Shown: positions 15,493 through 25,298 of the stretch, one piece after another | Layout: each line of letters begins with the position of its first letter | Position numbering within the stretch: position 1 is the stretch's first letter | Origin: a virus | Taxonomy: Duplodnaviria; Caudoviricetes | IMG/VR virus record: IMGVR_UViG_3300043781_000072 | Span: 1-26,015 of that record | Strand: one strand, 5' to 3' | Length of the DNA: 26,015 nucleotides | The notes under the pieces: generated by a model | Told to the model about the DNA's origin: nothing | Database searches by the model: none | What the model saw: the letters and a program-made list of their open reading frames with translations, nothing else | Made by a program: the position numbers and the translations under genes

Positions 15493-16828
15493 AACGATGG
15501 ATGTTACGAAAGAGATCAATCCGCATTTTAAAACAGTTTGGCAGGCGAATAAGCCTTACAATATTTTGAAAGGCGGTCGGAACTCATTCAAATCTTCGGT
15601 AATCGCACTCCTACTCGTTTCACTGCTTCTTCCATATTTGATCAGAGGGGAAAAAGCCAATATCGTTGTTTTGCGGAAAGTCGGAAATACGATCCGCGAT
15701 TCAGTGTTTAACAAACTGCAATGGGCACTTGGGAAATATCATTTGCTTGATCAATTTTCTTGGACAGTCAGCCCATTCAAGATCATCCACCAGCATACGG
15801 GCAGCACGATCTACTTCTATGGTCAAGACGACTTTCAAAAGCTCAAGTCTAATGATATCAATGATCTGATAGCTGTCTGGTATGAGGAAGCTGCAGAGTT
15901 TAAAGACGCTGAAGAGTTCGATCAGACCAATAATACATTCATGCGGCAAAAGCACGCAGACACAGCCTTTGTGCGTTTTTACTGGTCGTACAATCCACCG
16001 CGGAATCCATACAGCTGGATCAATAAGTGGGCGGATGAAAAGAAAAGTGATCCAGATTATTTAGTGCACGAATCGAGCTATTTGAATGATATGCTGGGTT
16101 TCGTAACTGATCAGATGCAAGCGATGATCGATCGCATTCAGGCGAACGATTATGATTATTACCGCTATTTGTATTTGGGCGAACCGGTCGGATTAGGCAC
16201 CAATGTATACAATATGAATTTATTCCATGAGATCGATGAACTTCCAGATGATGACAAAATCATTTATCTTTACTACTCGATGGATACCGGGCACAGTGTT
16301 TCGGCGACCTCGTGCGGCTGCTATGGGCTGACTGCAAAAGGCAATGTGATTCGGCTCAATGGATACTACTATTCGCCAGCAGGAAGAGTCGTGAAAAAAG
16401 CTCCTAGCGAGTTATCGCAAGACATCCATGAGTTCATCACTAAAACAGCCAATTGTGAGCTGTGGAAAGGCGCAAGGATCCGCAAGCGCACGATCGACAG
16501 CGCAGAAGCTGCACTCCGAAATCAATACTTCAAGGACTATCAGCAGCGATGGAACCCAGTGGCTAAAAAGAAAAATATCGATATGATCGACTTTGTGCAG
16601 GATCTGCTGGCACAGGGTCGTTTTTATGTGCTAAAAAAGCCGATACCGACAGGATTGCGGTATTGCGACAGTAACGAGATTTTCCTGGAGGAACACCGAC
16701 AATATCAGTTTGATGAGCGGACGCTGAACAGTGACGATCCGCGAGTGATCAAAGAGAACGATCACTCAGTAGATGATTTCAAATATTTTTGTGTCGACAA
16801 TGCCAAAGATCTGCGCTTAAAAGTGTAA
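15482..16828 (+). CDS. terL: Terminase large subunit, PBSX family
   Basis: Walker A GGRNSFKS, Walker B WYEEA, SYNPP, nuclease NDHSVDD. Confidence 0.96.
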   Translation: MANKTMDVTKEINPHFKTVWQANKPYNILKGGRNSFKSSVIALLLVSLLLPYLIRGEKANIVVLRKVGNTIRDSVFNKLQWALGKYHLLDQFSWTVSPFKIIHQHTGSTIYFYGQDDFQKLKSNDINDLIAVWYEEAAEFKDAEEFDQTNNTFMRQKHADTAFVRFYWSYNPPRNPYSWINKWADEKKSDPDYLVHESSYLNDMLGFVTDQMQAMIDRIQANDYDYYRYLYLGEPVGLGTNVYNMNLFHEIDELPDDDKIIYLYYSMDTGHSVSATSCGCYGLTAKGNVIRLNGYYYSPAGRVVKKAPSELSQDIHEFITKTANCELWKGARIRKRTIDSAEAALRNQYFKDYQQRWNPVAKKKNIDMIDFVQDLLAQGRFYVLKKPIPTGLRYCDSNEIFLEEHRQYQFDERTLNSDDPRVIKENDHSVDDFKYFCVDNAKDLRLKV

Positions 16829-16841
16829 AGGAGGTGGCGAA

Positions 16842-18377
16842 TTGGGGATTTTCCGAGCCATTAAAAATCTATTTACGAAAGGGGGCTATGCCTTGACAGG
16901 TCAAACGCTAAACAGCATTACCGATCATCCGAAGATCAATATTTCGAGTCTAGAGTTGCAGCGGATCGAATCTAATTTCCGGCAGTATGAAGGAAATTAT
17001 CCAGATATCGAGTACATTAATTCGAACAATCAAATCAAAAAACGCAAGTACATGACAATGAACTTGCGGAAGCTTACTGCTGAGATGATGACCTCGCTTG
17101 TATTTAACGAACAGACAGAAATCAATGTAGATGAATCTCTTCAGGGAGCGAACGAATTCATTCAACATGTTTTTGAACACAACGACTTTAAGAAAAACTT
17201 GGCTCGTTATCTTGAACCAATGTTTGCCACCGGCGGTTTAGTCGCGCGGCCTTATTTCGACGGCGGAACGCAAGAAATCGAATTTTCCTGGGGCTTAGCC
17301 AACTCTTTCATTCCTTTACGCTCGAATTCAAACAGTATTTCTGAAGGGGTAATGATTTTCAAAACTCAAAAAGTCATGGGTGATAAAGTTTACTATTACA
17401 CGCTTTTTGAGTTTCACGAGTGGCAAGATGGTCAATATGCGATCACAAATGAGCTCTATGTTTCTGGGGATGCGAAGATTATCGGAAAAAGGACCGCTTT
17501 GTCTGAGATCTATGAAGATCTTGCCGAAACTGCGATCATCACTGGTTTGATTCAGCCTATCTTCAGCTATTTGAAACCGGCAGGATTTAATAATATTAGC
17601 CCTTATAGCCCGTTAGGCTTGGGGCTATGTGATAATTGCGAGAATACTCTAAAACAGATCAATGATGCTTTTGATCAATTCAACTGGGAGATCCGGATGG
17701 GTCAACGAACAGTATTGGTTAGCGATCACGTCTTGAATTACTCACCCGATGAGCAAGGAAAAGGAAGCTCTCCGCGGTTTGATCCGGATATCAATGTGTT
17801 CAAACGGCTGCGCACGGATATCGATCAAGACTTTATCAAGGATATGACCAGTGATATTCGGGTGGAACAATACACTTCCGCAATCAATCAATTCCTAAAG
17901 ACACTAGAAATGCAATTGCAACTTTCAGTTGGGACCTTTAGTTTTGACGGAAAGAGCGTGAAAACCGCGACAGAGGTCGTTAGCGAGAATTCTCTGACCT
18001 ATCGGACCCGAAACATGCAGTGCCGCGAGGTCGAAAAATTTGTGAAATCGGTCGTTGTTTCAACGTTAGAGCTTGCCAAACGCACGTATGGTGCTGATGG
18101 AAAACAGATTTATACCGGAGGAATCCCTTCGTTTGAACAAATTAGTGTAGATTTTGACGACGGTATTTTTGAAAGCCAAGATGCCAAGCTAGAATTTTAT
18201 CAAAAGGCTGCCGTTGCGCAACTGGTGCCGAAAGTTGAAGCGATCAAATCGATCTTCAAATTGACTGATGAGGAGGCTGCCGACTGGTTCAATAAGATTC
18301 AGGCAGAAACGTTAGGTCTTGATCCATTGGAACAAGAGCAAGCTTCTGCTGATGAGGAGTTAGGAGACGAGGAGTGA
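16842..18377 (+). CDS. Portal protein (A118/SPP1 Gp6-like)
   Basis: Position and size, SPLGLG, KTATEVVSENS and VDFDDGIF motifs. TTG start with AGGAGGT SD. Confidence 0.93.
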   Translation: MGIFRAIKNLFTKGGYALTGQTLNSITDHPKINISSLELQRIESNFRQYEGNYPDIEYINSNNQIKKRKYMTMNLRKLTAEMMTSLVFNEQTEINVDESLQGANEFIQHVFEHNDFKKNLARYLEPMFATGGLVARPYFDGGTQEIEFSWGLANSFIPLRSNSNSISEGVMIFKTQKVMGDKVYYYTLFEFHEWQDGQYAITNELYVSGDAKIIGKRTALSEIYEDLAETAIITGLIQPIFSYLKPAGFNNISPYSPLGLGLCDNCENTLKQINDAFDQFNWEIRMGQRTVLVSDHVLNYSPDEQGKGSSPRFDPDINVFKRLRTDIDQDFIKDMTSDIRVEQYTSAINQFLKTLEMQLQLSVGTFSFDGKSVKTATEVVSENSLTYRTRNMQCREVEKFVKSVVVSTLELAKRTYGADGKQIYTGGIPSFEQISVDFDDGIFESQDAKLEFYQKAAVAQLVPKVEAIKSIFKLTDEEAADWFNKIQAETLGLDPLEQEQASADEELGDEE

Positions 18378-18382
18378 TATAG

Positions 18383-20047
18383 ATGGTGAAAGTAACACCG
18401 AACCAGTTGGATCTATGGTCCAGCAACCTCGGAGATCTATATAACTCCCTGGAGGGAGAAATCATTAGGCAGCTGATCAAACGACTGTCAAACGGCAAGA
18501 CGGACATCCTAGAATGGCAGGCGCAAGCATTAAAAGATTTGCATCTATTCAATTCAGAGGTTGCGAAGCTTGTTTCCCAGGTGACTGGAGTTGCTGAAGA
18601 GGAAGTCATTCAAATTTTTGAAGAAGTCGGCCAGCAAACTGTGACAGATGTCGATGAAGCGATCGGGAAGATCCCTGAATCGAGACCTTCTAACCTTGAT
18701 AATGTCGTTCGAGGATATGCAAATCAAGCCTGGTCGGGGATTGATAACCTTGTAAATCAAACGTTAGTAACCTCGAATTATGGTAACGGAGCAGCTACAC
18801 GAGCCTATACAGAAGTGCTCAATCGGACTCAAATGCTTTTTAACTCTGGGATGTTGACGCAAGATCAGGCACTTGAAAGAGCAATTCAGGAGCTGGCGCA
18901 AAAGGGGATCAAGTCTACCTTTGTCGATAAAGGCGGGCATACATGGTCAATGGAACGATATGTGCGAACGATTTTAAAATCGACGCTTGGAAACACGTAT
19001 GATCAAGTCCGAACGGAACGCATGGAAGAATACGGAACCCACCTCGTTCGCGTCAGTCAGCATATGGGCGCACGACGAGCCTGCAGCAAGATCCAAGGGC
19101 ATGTAGTGGATCTTCGGCCGATGAATAAGCTGCCGCCAGGATGGAAGTACAGAAGTATCTATGATCCGTATTGGGAAGCACATTACGGGACTCCGGGCGG
19201 ACATCGCGGGGTCAATTGCAACCATAATCATTTTGTATTTATCGACGGGGTCAATACAAATACTTCGAAGCCGCTCGATCCTGAAATGAATGAGACAGTT
19301 CGCAGATTGCAAGAGAAACAACGCCGATTGGAACGTGGTGTTGTTAAACTGAAAAAGAACAAGATGATCGCTGAAGAACTAGGAAATACTGAAGATGCTA
19401 AGGATTATCAAAAAAAGATTCGTCTGCACCAGCAGGCATTGAGAAAGCTTGTCGACAGCAATGAATATTTGAGCCGGAACTATAAGCATGAGAAGGTCTA
19501 CACGCCGCTGGATACTGTCATGAAAGATTTCCATCATGACTTGAAGAAAAATCGGCCTAAAACAAGAGATGAGTATTCTTCTTTGGCGAAGAATATGAGT
19601 AAAAAGAACATGCCGTCATTCGAAAAGTATGAGCAAATGAAGTATAATGGAGGGAGAAGTTCCAAGCTCTTCGATGATTATGTGCGCTCTAGGAAAAACA
19701 ATAAAATTTCTGCATTCAGCAGTTTCGAAGATTACCAAAAGTATAAAAAGAGGATTGATGATCAAATAGTTGGTCTGCAAACTGTGGATGGCATAAGGAT
19801 CAATGGTCAACGCAAGCATTTCATTGAGCGAGTTTTAGGAACCACCGAAGATCCGAAAACCGGAAAACCTAGGACAGGTGTAGAAGTAAGCGACATTTTG
19901 GACACACTACGATCAGGAAAACCGAAAATCAGCAGTTCAGATAGTACTGTTACAGAATATCAAGGAGCCAACTGTCTAGTAACCATAAATAATATAACTG
20001 GGAAATTGATTCAAGTCAGTCCTAGAAAAAATAAAAAGAGAAGGTGA
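18383..20047 (+). CDS. Minor capsid protein (MuF-like, A118 Gp4 family) with ~180-aa C-terminal extension, probable RNase toxin
   Basis: SQHMGARRAC..IQG and GVNCNH motifs. The family normally ends near EKVY (~19500); here it continues with KHFIERV...RTGV...ILDTL...TGKLIQV. Confidence 0.88.
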   Translation: MVKVTPNQLDLWSSNLGDLYNSLEGEIIRQLIKRLSNGKTDILEWQAQALKDLHLFNSEVAKLVSQVTGVAEEEVIQIFEEVGQQTVTDVDEAIGKIPESRPSNLDNVVRGYANQAWSGIDNLVNQTLVTSNYGNGAATRAYTEVLNRTQMLFNSGMLTQDQALERAIQELAQKGIKSTFVDKGGHTWSMERYVRTILKSTLGNTYDQVRTERMEEYGTHLVRVSQHMGARRACSKIQGHVVDLRPMNKLPPGWKYRSIYDPYWEAHYGTPGGHRGVNCNHNHFVFIDGVNTNTSKPLDPEMNETVRRLQEKQRRLERGVVKLKKNKMIAEELGNTEDAKDYQKKIRLHQQALRKLVDSNEYLSRNYKHEKVYTPLDTVMKDFHHDLKKNRPKTRDEYSSLAKNMSKKNMPSFEKYEQMKYNGGRSSKLFDDYVRSRKNNKISAFSSFEDYQKYKKRIDDQIVGLQTVDGIRINGQRKHFIERVLGTTEDPKTGKPRTGVEVSDILDTLRSGKPKISSSDSTVTEYQGANCLVTINNITGKLIQVSPRKNKKRR

Positions 20048-20319
20048 GTTCATTGATAAAAGTTGTTTTAAAAAGAGATGATTACGACTTTATACAAAAC
20101 TATGCACCCGCCTTTAAAATCGAAGTTGTTGCCGCACCGGTTTTAATTACTGAGAAAGAGGTAACCTACGAGTTTCATGAGGAAGAGGACTATGATGATT
20201 TTGAATCAGGTTTGAACTTTACTATTGTTCATGATGGCCTTGATAACCAAGAGCATGTGAATAAAGTTGGAAAACGGCTATACAAAATTTATGATAATTT
20301 AGATGTTTACAAAGAGTAG
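20044..20319 (+). CDS. Acidic 91-aa protein, probable immunity protein
   Basis: GTGA overlap with the upstream stop. GLDNQEHVNKVGKRLYKIYD resembles the G.D....N..G..L...D pattern of CdiI-like immunity proteins. Confidence 0.65.
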   Translation: MSSLIKVVLKRDDYDFIQNYAPAFKIEVVAAPVLITEKEVTYEFHEEEDYDDFESGLNFTIVHDGLDNQEHVNKVGKRLYKIYDNLDVYKE

Positions 20320-20354
20320 CACTTGATCTTATTCAATGATTGAGTGCTATTTTT
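20317..20354 (+). terminator. Intrinsic terminator after the toxin-immunity pair
   Basis: TAGCACTTGATC/GATTGAGTGCTA stem plus T5. A second weaker hairpin plus T run lies at 20369-20394. Confidence 0.75.
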
Positions 20355-20404
20355 ATATCCAAAAATCTGCTTTAGGCTACTGCTAGGGCTTTTTATTTTG
20401 CACA

Positions 20405-20482
20405 AAACTCGACGGGGATGGTCGTTAAACTACCAAATCCATCGTGGTCGTAGCCACGTCAAAACTCGAAAGGATGAACAAA
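20405..20482 (+). promoter_or_regulatory. Structured scaffold-gene leader, possibly a GP20-a/GP20-b-type RNA motif
   Basis: Two hairpins, CGAC..GTCG-TTAAAC and CGTGGT-CGTA-GCCACG-TCAAAAC, just before the SD of a GP20-family gene. Confidence 0.5.
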
Positions 20483-21046
20483 ATGAAAAGAGAACAACTT
20501 AAAGAGCTGGGTTTATCAGACGAACAAATTGGATCGATTATGGCACTGCATGGCGCAACCGTGAATGAATTAAACAACCAGTTGGCAAATGCACAACAGG
20601 AAACGACTCAGTACAAAGATCAATTGACTGCTAATCAAACAGAACTGGATTCACTAAAGGAACAAGCAAAAGGAAATGAAGATCTGACCGGAAAATTAAC
20701 AGAACTTCAGAACAAATTTGATGAAACCACAGCTGCTTCTCAAGTAAAACTCGCTGAACAGCAAAAAGACTTTGCAATCAAGTTGGCTTTGAAAGATGCA
20801 AATCCGCTGGACGAGGAGATTGTTTTAGCCCAATTGGACAAAGACACGATTAAAGTTACGGATAAGGGACTACAAGGCTTTGAGGAGCAACTAAATGCCC
20901 TGCAAGAAAACAAAAGTTTCTTGTTTCAACAATCCGATACAGGGACTGCCCCACGAACACCAACCATTATGGCTGGGGGTAATCCACAAAATGGAGCAAC
21001 TGAAAAGAGCATTGTACAAAAAATTCAAGAAAGATTAGGTGAATAA
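20483..21046 (+). CDS. Scaffolding protein (Phage GP20 family)
   Basis: [16 protein letters not shown] start, coiled coil, KSFLF motif. AAAGGA SD. Confidence 0.92.
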   Translation: MKREQLKELGLSDEQIGSIMALHGATVNELNNQLANAQQETTQYKDQLTANQTELDSLKEQAKGNEDLTGKLTELQNKFDETTAASQVKLAEQQKDFAIKLALKDANPLDEEIVLAQLDKDTIKVTDKGLQGFEEQLNALQENKSFLFQQSDTGTAPRTPTIMAGGNPQNGATEKSIVQKIQERLGE

Positions 21047-21048
21047 TT

Positions 21049-21909
21049 ATGGCATTAGTACTAGATAGCAAAGATCTTGCAACCATCGACCAAGAATTCC
21101 GTGCGGATTCCCAAGTATGGGATGTATTGACCCAAGGAGCGAAGAGCATTACGGCATCTGATTTTGTTGGAGCAAACGAAGTACGGATCAATAAAATGTC
21201 CGGTTTTGTCGAAGCCACTCCATACAAACGCAATCAAGACAACGCACGCAGCGCTGTCAGCATTGAGAAAGAAACCATCAAATTAATGCATGAAGATTGG
21301 TTTGCTTACGACGTTGATCAATTGGATCAATCGGAAAGTGCAGCATTGACGATCAACAATGTCGTGACCGAACACAAACGTCTGATCACGGTGCCGCATC
21401 GTGACAAAGTTGCTGTTCAAGCGCTTTACGACAATGCCGGCAATAAAGTCAGCGGAGCATTGACTGAAGAAAATATTCTAGCGGCTTATGACGCTGCTGA
21501 AGAATACATGACCGATAACGAAGTTCCAGGTGGGTATGTGATGTTTGTATCGGCTGCGACCTATCGCTTGCTGAAGAACGCGAAAGGCGTCAGCAAAACA
21601 TTCTCGACCAATGAAATGCAAATCAATGGGATCAACCGGACTGTTGCGCAAATCGATGGTGGCGTGCCGATCATCAAAGTGGCAAAAGGACGTTTCAGCA
21701 GCGTGAGCATTGAGGACACAATCAACTTTATCATCACGCCGTTAACGGCGATCGCCCCGATCGTTAAATTCGGCACAGTCGACACCGTTCCGGCTTCTCA
21801 AGACCGTAACGGCTACCGCGATACGATCAAAGGCTTGGATTACTATGACGCAATCGTGTTTGAAAATGCCAAAAAGGCGATCTACGTTCACGCAGCCCCA
21901 AAAGCGTAG
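21049..21909 (+). CDS. Major capsid protein
   Basis: Follows the scaffold, 286 aa, with DVDQLD and YYDAIVFEN motifs. Confidence 0.9.
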   Translation: MALVLDSKDLATIDQEFRADSQVWDVLTQGAKSITASDFVGANEVRINKMSGFVEATPYKRNQDNARSAVSIEKETIKLMHEDWFAYDVDQLDQSESAALTINNVVTEHKRLITVPHRDKVAVQALYDNAGNKVSGALTEENILAAYDAAEEYMTDNEVPGGYVMFVSAATYRLLKNAKGVSKTFSTNEMQINGINRTVAQIDGGVPIIKVAKGRFSSVSIEDTINFIITPLTAIAPIVKFGTVDTVPASQDRNGYRDTIKGLDYYDAIVFENAKKAIYVHAAPKA

Positions 21910-21961
21910 CCCCTTCAGGAGTCACGTTGAACAAGCAAACGTTAACTCTTGAGGAAGGGGC
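21897..21961 (+). other. Programmed -1 ribosomal frameshift signal
   Basis: Slippery C CCA AAA (21897-21903), 5-nt spacer, then a long stem GCCCCTTC-AGGAGT...ACTCTT-gag-GAAGGGGC. Confidence 0.85.
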
Positions 21962-22172
21962 AACTGAAATGCTAACCGCCACAGTAGCACCGGCAGAGGC
22001 CACGGACAAATCAGTCAGTTATGCCTCTGGTGATGAAACAATCGCTACTGTGACGCCGGTGCAAGGCAAAGTGACGGCGGTCAAAGCTGGAAAAACAATG
22101 ATCACCGCCAAAACAGTAAACGGCAAAAATGCGACATGCGAAATAACGGTAACCGCTAAAGGAGGGGCTTAG
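21903..22172 (+). CDS. Ig-like (Big_2) domain, -1 frame extension of the major capsid protein
   Basis: -1 frame reads [30 protein letters not shown]...ATCEITVT. Confidence 0.88.
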   Translation, partial: SVAPSGVTLNKQTLTLEEGATEMLTATVAPAEATDKSVSYASGDETIATVTPVQGKVTAVKAGKTMITAKTVNGKNATCEITVTAKGGA

Positions 22173-22184
22173 GCTCCTCTTTTT
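22160..22184 (+). terminator. Terminator after the capsid genes
   Basis: AGGAGGGGC-TTAG-GCTCCTCTT followed by TTT. Confidence 0.7.
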
Positions 22185-22202
22185 CCTTAAGGAGGCCTAA
22201 AA

Positions 22203-22607
22203 ATGCCCTATATCACTTTTAACGAATTCAAAGAGCTTACCGGTAAAAAGGATTTCATTGAGGAGGATTTTAAACGATTCCTTCCAAAAGCTTCGGCAGT
22301 TTTGGATTCAATTACAAATTATTTCTATCAGACAAACGACCTCGTCACGGATCCGATCAAGTTCCGGGTGAATCAATTTAAACTGGCTTTATGCAGCCAA
22401 ATAGCTTATTTCGTTGAAGTCGGATCAGACACAGTTGAAGGAATTAACAAAGCTCCGCAGTCGGTTAATATCGGCTCAACCAGCGTATCAAATGGATTCC
22501 GATCCAATTCTGCAGGATCGAGCGTACAAAAATCGATCATTGCAGATGACATCTATATCTATCTGGAAGGGACAGGGCTCTTGTATCGGGGGTGCCGCTC
22601 ATGTTAG
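22203..22607 (+). CDS. Head-tail connector (A118 Gp8-like)
   Basis: PYITFNEF...KLALCSQI...YLEGTGLLYRG motifs and position. Confidence 0.82.
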   Translation: MPYITFNEFKELTGKKDFIEEDFKRFLPKASAVLDSITNYFYQTNDLVTDPIKFRVNQFKLALCSQIAYFVEVGSDTVEGINKAPQSVNIGSTSVSNGFRSNSAGSSVQKSIIADDIYIYLEGTGLLYRGCRSC

Positions 22608-22942
22608 CGCCAAAACCGCCAAAAGAAATGTTAATCGATAAGATGGTTCACAAGCCATATCTGGGTGAGGGAGACTACAACAAGCCTCAGTATGGACCGG
22701 AACAAGCAATCAGCTTTATTCGTATTGACCGCAGTCCACAATATATTATTAATATGGATGGAAAACAGATTCAATACAACGCTCTGGTATTTGGCTATCG
22801 AGGTCTAACTGACCCGCTGCCAGATTTTAAAGAACAAGATGTGCTAGTTTTTGATGGTGTAGCTCACACGATCACCAGTGCGGCAATGTTTAAAGAGCCT
22901 TATGCCGATCAAGTTTATTCATGGGAACTGGCGGTGATTTGA
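22601..22942 (+). CDS. Head completion / minor capsid protein (A118 Gp9-like)
   Basis: Synteny, size, YNKPQYG and YSWEL motifs. Confidence 0.78.
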   Translation: MLAPKPPKEMLIDKMVHKPYLGEGDYNKPQYGPEQAISFIRIDRSPQYIINMDGKQIQYNALVFGYRGLTDPLPDFKEQDVLVFDGVAHTITSAAMFKEPYADQVYSWELAVI

Positions 22943-23292
22943 TGGTCGAGATCGAGGTCAAGGCGAATTTGCGAGGAATCACCGATAAACTCGGTCCGCA
23001 AGGTATGCTGAGGGGAAGGCAGGCACTGGCCGATCAGATGCTGGCAGATATGAACAAATATGTTCCTTACCAAAGCCATGCTCTCAGAAAATCAGCCTCC
23101 GTTGCCATGGACGGTAGCGCAATCTACTACAATACTCCATATGCTGCTGCTCAATTTTTTGGATCCAACGGAAAAGCAAAGTGGGTAAAAGGAAAGGAGC
23201 CTGGAACGGGTCCGAGATGGGATAAAAAAGCAGAAAGAAGCAATATAAAGGTTTGGGAGAAAGCTTTTTTAAGAGGAGCTGGAATAAAATAA
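22942..23292 (+). CDS. Neck / minor capsid protein (A118 Gp10-like)
   Basis: DMNKYVP, YNTPYA and PGTGPRWD motifs. TGATG coupling. Confidence 0.82.
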   Translation: MVEIEVKANLRGITDKLGPQGMLRGRQALADQMLADMNKYVPYQSHALRKSASVAMDGSAIYYNTPYAAAQFFGSNGKAKWVKGKEPGTGPRWDKKAERSNIKVWEKAFLRGAGIK

Positions 23293-23687
23293 TGGATTTT
23301 AATGAACGTCTCAAGGAAAAAATTTCTCAATTAAATCTGCCGATTATGACAAAATTGGGGATCAATACTAAAGATGAATCTGCTGCATTCTATCCCATTC
23401 CAGGGGGGCAGGTTACCAAAGTTTTTATGGATGGAATCAAGGAACAGCAACTAAATTACGAGTACGCAATCAAATCAAAACGGCAAGAGATTGCTAGTCA
23501 GCAACTTTGGAGAGTGTCTAATTTTCTTGAAAATTTAGAAGAACTAGAAAGTAATGACGAAAGTTTTGAGTTTGGAACGATAGTGATCACGAGCAAGCCC
23601 GCTTCATCAAATGCTGATGAACAGGGCTTTTTTTATTGGGCAATTGATTTTACAGTAACACTCACTACATTTAGAAATAAGGAGTGA
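23292..23687 (+). CDS. Tail terminator / minor capsid protein (A118 Gp11-like)
   Basis: MDFNERL, PIPGG...FMDG motifs. TAATG coupling. Confidence 0.8.
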   Translation: MDFNERLKEKISQLNLPIMTKLGINTKDESAAFYPIPGGQVTKVFMDGIKEQQLNYEYAIKSKRQEIASQQLWRVSNFLENLEELESNDESFEFGTIVITSKPASSNADEQGFFYWAIDFTVTLTTFRNKE

Positions 23688-23694
23688 TTTAACG

Positions 23695-24192
23695 ATGGCA
23701 AGACAGAAAAATGCAAAAAGAAAACATTTTGTAGCTCCATTTAAATCTGCAGGAGAAAAACCGGAAGAATTGGCTTGGCTGCCGCTAGCAAACTATATCG
23801 AAACGATCGAAGACGATTCCGATGAAAATACCGATTCGGCTGGTTACTATGACGGCGATGGATCGGAAGAATCAGTTTTTAATGGCCGATCTGAGATTTG
23901 GAACTTTAGTGGAAACTATAACCCGGACGACCCTGCTCAAAAACTGATTGCTAGTTTGAAAAGAGCACAAACAGATGATGAAAGACGAATTTGGCACAAG
24001 ATCGAAGAAACAGATGGGTCTATTGTTACAGGTGTTGCTAAGGCTCTGGAAATCAAAGCTGGTGGCGGAGATGCAACAGATTATGAAGCATTCGAAGGAC
24101 ATCTAGACTATGTAAAAACACCCGAAATTACTCCTCCGAAGAAAGAAACTCCTGTCAAAGAAGAAACAACTGACGGCAAAGGCGCTGTGTAG
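23695..24192 (+). CDS. Major tail (tube) protein
   Basis: MARQKNAKRKHF, GYYDGDG, DDPAQ and GGGDATDYEAF motifs. Confidence 0.87.
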   Translation: MARQKNAKRKHFVAPFKSAGEKPEELAWLPLANYIETIEDDSDENTDSAGYYDGDGSEESVFNGRSEIWNFSGNYNPDDPAQKLIASLKRAQTDDERRIWHKIEETDGSIVTGVAKALEIKAGGGDATDYEAFEGHLDYVKTPEITPPKKETPVKEETTDGKGAV

Positions 24193-24233
24193 AAAGAAAA
24201 CATTTAATGTAAAAGGAATCTGGGAGGGCATTC

Positions 24234-24698
24234 ATGGAAACAAAATATATTGTTGATTCCGGTCAGCTAGCAATTCCAATCGGTGTGCGCGATAAAAAAG
24301 ATCCGAATAAAGTTCATGAGTTTATTTTGCGATTTGACTTGAGTGATCAAGGAATCAAGAAAGCGCTGCAAAAGAATGAGGAAACAAAGAAAAAGTTGAA
24401 TGAGATTGCAGGAAGATATTCGTCCAAAATAGGTAATAAAAAAATCACTGATGAAAATCTTCCAATCATTATTCAAGGAATCACTGATCTTTTACGAACG
24501 CAATTTGATAGCGACTTTGGTAGTGGGATGTATGATAAAATCGCAAATTCAGGCGGTGGAAATAGTTTCTTAAACATGATGGATCTCTATTTCTGGATTG
24601 CGGATTATATCGAGCAAGCACTAAGGAAGAAAGCCCAAAAAATCAATATGCGTTCACAAAATAAAAAAGCAAAATATTTGAAGAAACGCGGAAGATAG
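24234..24698 (+). CDS. Tail assembly chaperone
   Basis: Between the tube and Gp15-like genes, with FGSGMYDKI motif. Confidence 0.72.
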   Translation: METKYIVDSGQLAIPIGVRDKKDPNKVHEFILRFDLSDQGIKKALQKNEETKKKLNEIAGRYSSKIGNKKITDENLPIIIQGITDLLRTQFDSDFGSGMYDKIANSGGGNSFLNMMDLYFWIADYIEQALRKKAQKINMRSQNKKAKYLKKRGR

Positions 24699-24710
24699 CG
24701 AGGTGGGCAG

Positions 24711-25298
24711 ATGCTTCGCCTGAATGAAGATTTAGTCGAAAGGTTACAATTTGGAAAAAGTTGCTATCAACTCAATTTGTCTTTTGATAATGTGCTGACC
24801 GCTTATGACGCGTTGAGGGATAAAGAACTAAATGTGACGGATAAACTCGAAGTTTATCTGTCTTTTTTGATTATTGGCCCTCTTCCAAGAAAGAGAATTT
24901 GGGTGGAACTGTACAACTTGATCGATCAGTTGCTTTTCAGCCGTAATTCAACTGCTAAAAAGGTGGATCTGAATGGTAATCCAATGCCGCGTCCAAAGCA
25001 AAAGCCTGATTTTGATTTTTCTTTTGATGCTAGCTTGATTTTTGCAGCTTTTTGGCAAACTTATCAAATCGATTTGTTGAAAGAAAGAGGGAAATTGCAC
25101 TGGTTTAAATTTATAGCAATGCTCGATGGATTACCGGAAGATACTAGATTTTGCTATATTCGGCAGATTCGTGCTACTGATCTTGCGGAGATCAAAGACA
25201 AAGAACAAAAGAAAACGATTCGGAAACAGAAACAATTGTTTGCGCTGCCTGGATTAGATGAGGGAGGAGGCGAGGAAGATGGCGGATGGGACAGTTAA
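24711..25298 (+). CDS. Gp15-family tail assembly protein
   Basis: LNLSFDNVL, DASLIFAAF..TYQIDL and LHWFKFIAMLDGLPEDT motifs. Confidence 0.88.
   Translation: MLRLNEDLVERLQFGKSCYQLNLSFDNVLTAYDALRDKELNVTDKLEVYLSFLIIGPLPRKRIWVELYNLIDQLLFSRNSTAKKVDLNGNPMPRPKQKPDFDFSFDASLIFAAFWQTYQIDLLKERGKLHWFKFIAMLDGLPEDTRFCYIRQIRATDLAEIKDKEQKKTIRKQKQLFALPGLDEGGGEEDGGWDS

Noticed and set aside
24100-24233. Frameshift extension of the major tail protein as in A118/SPP1
   Set aside because: No CCC-stop or slippery signal at the gene end, and no room for an Ig-domain frame before the chaperone gene.
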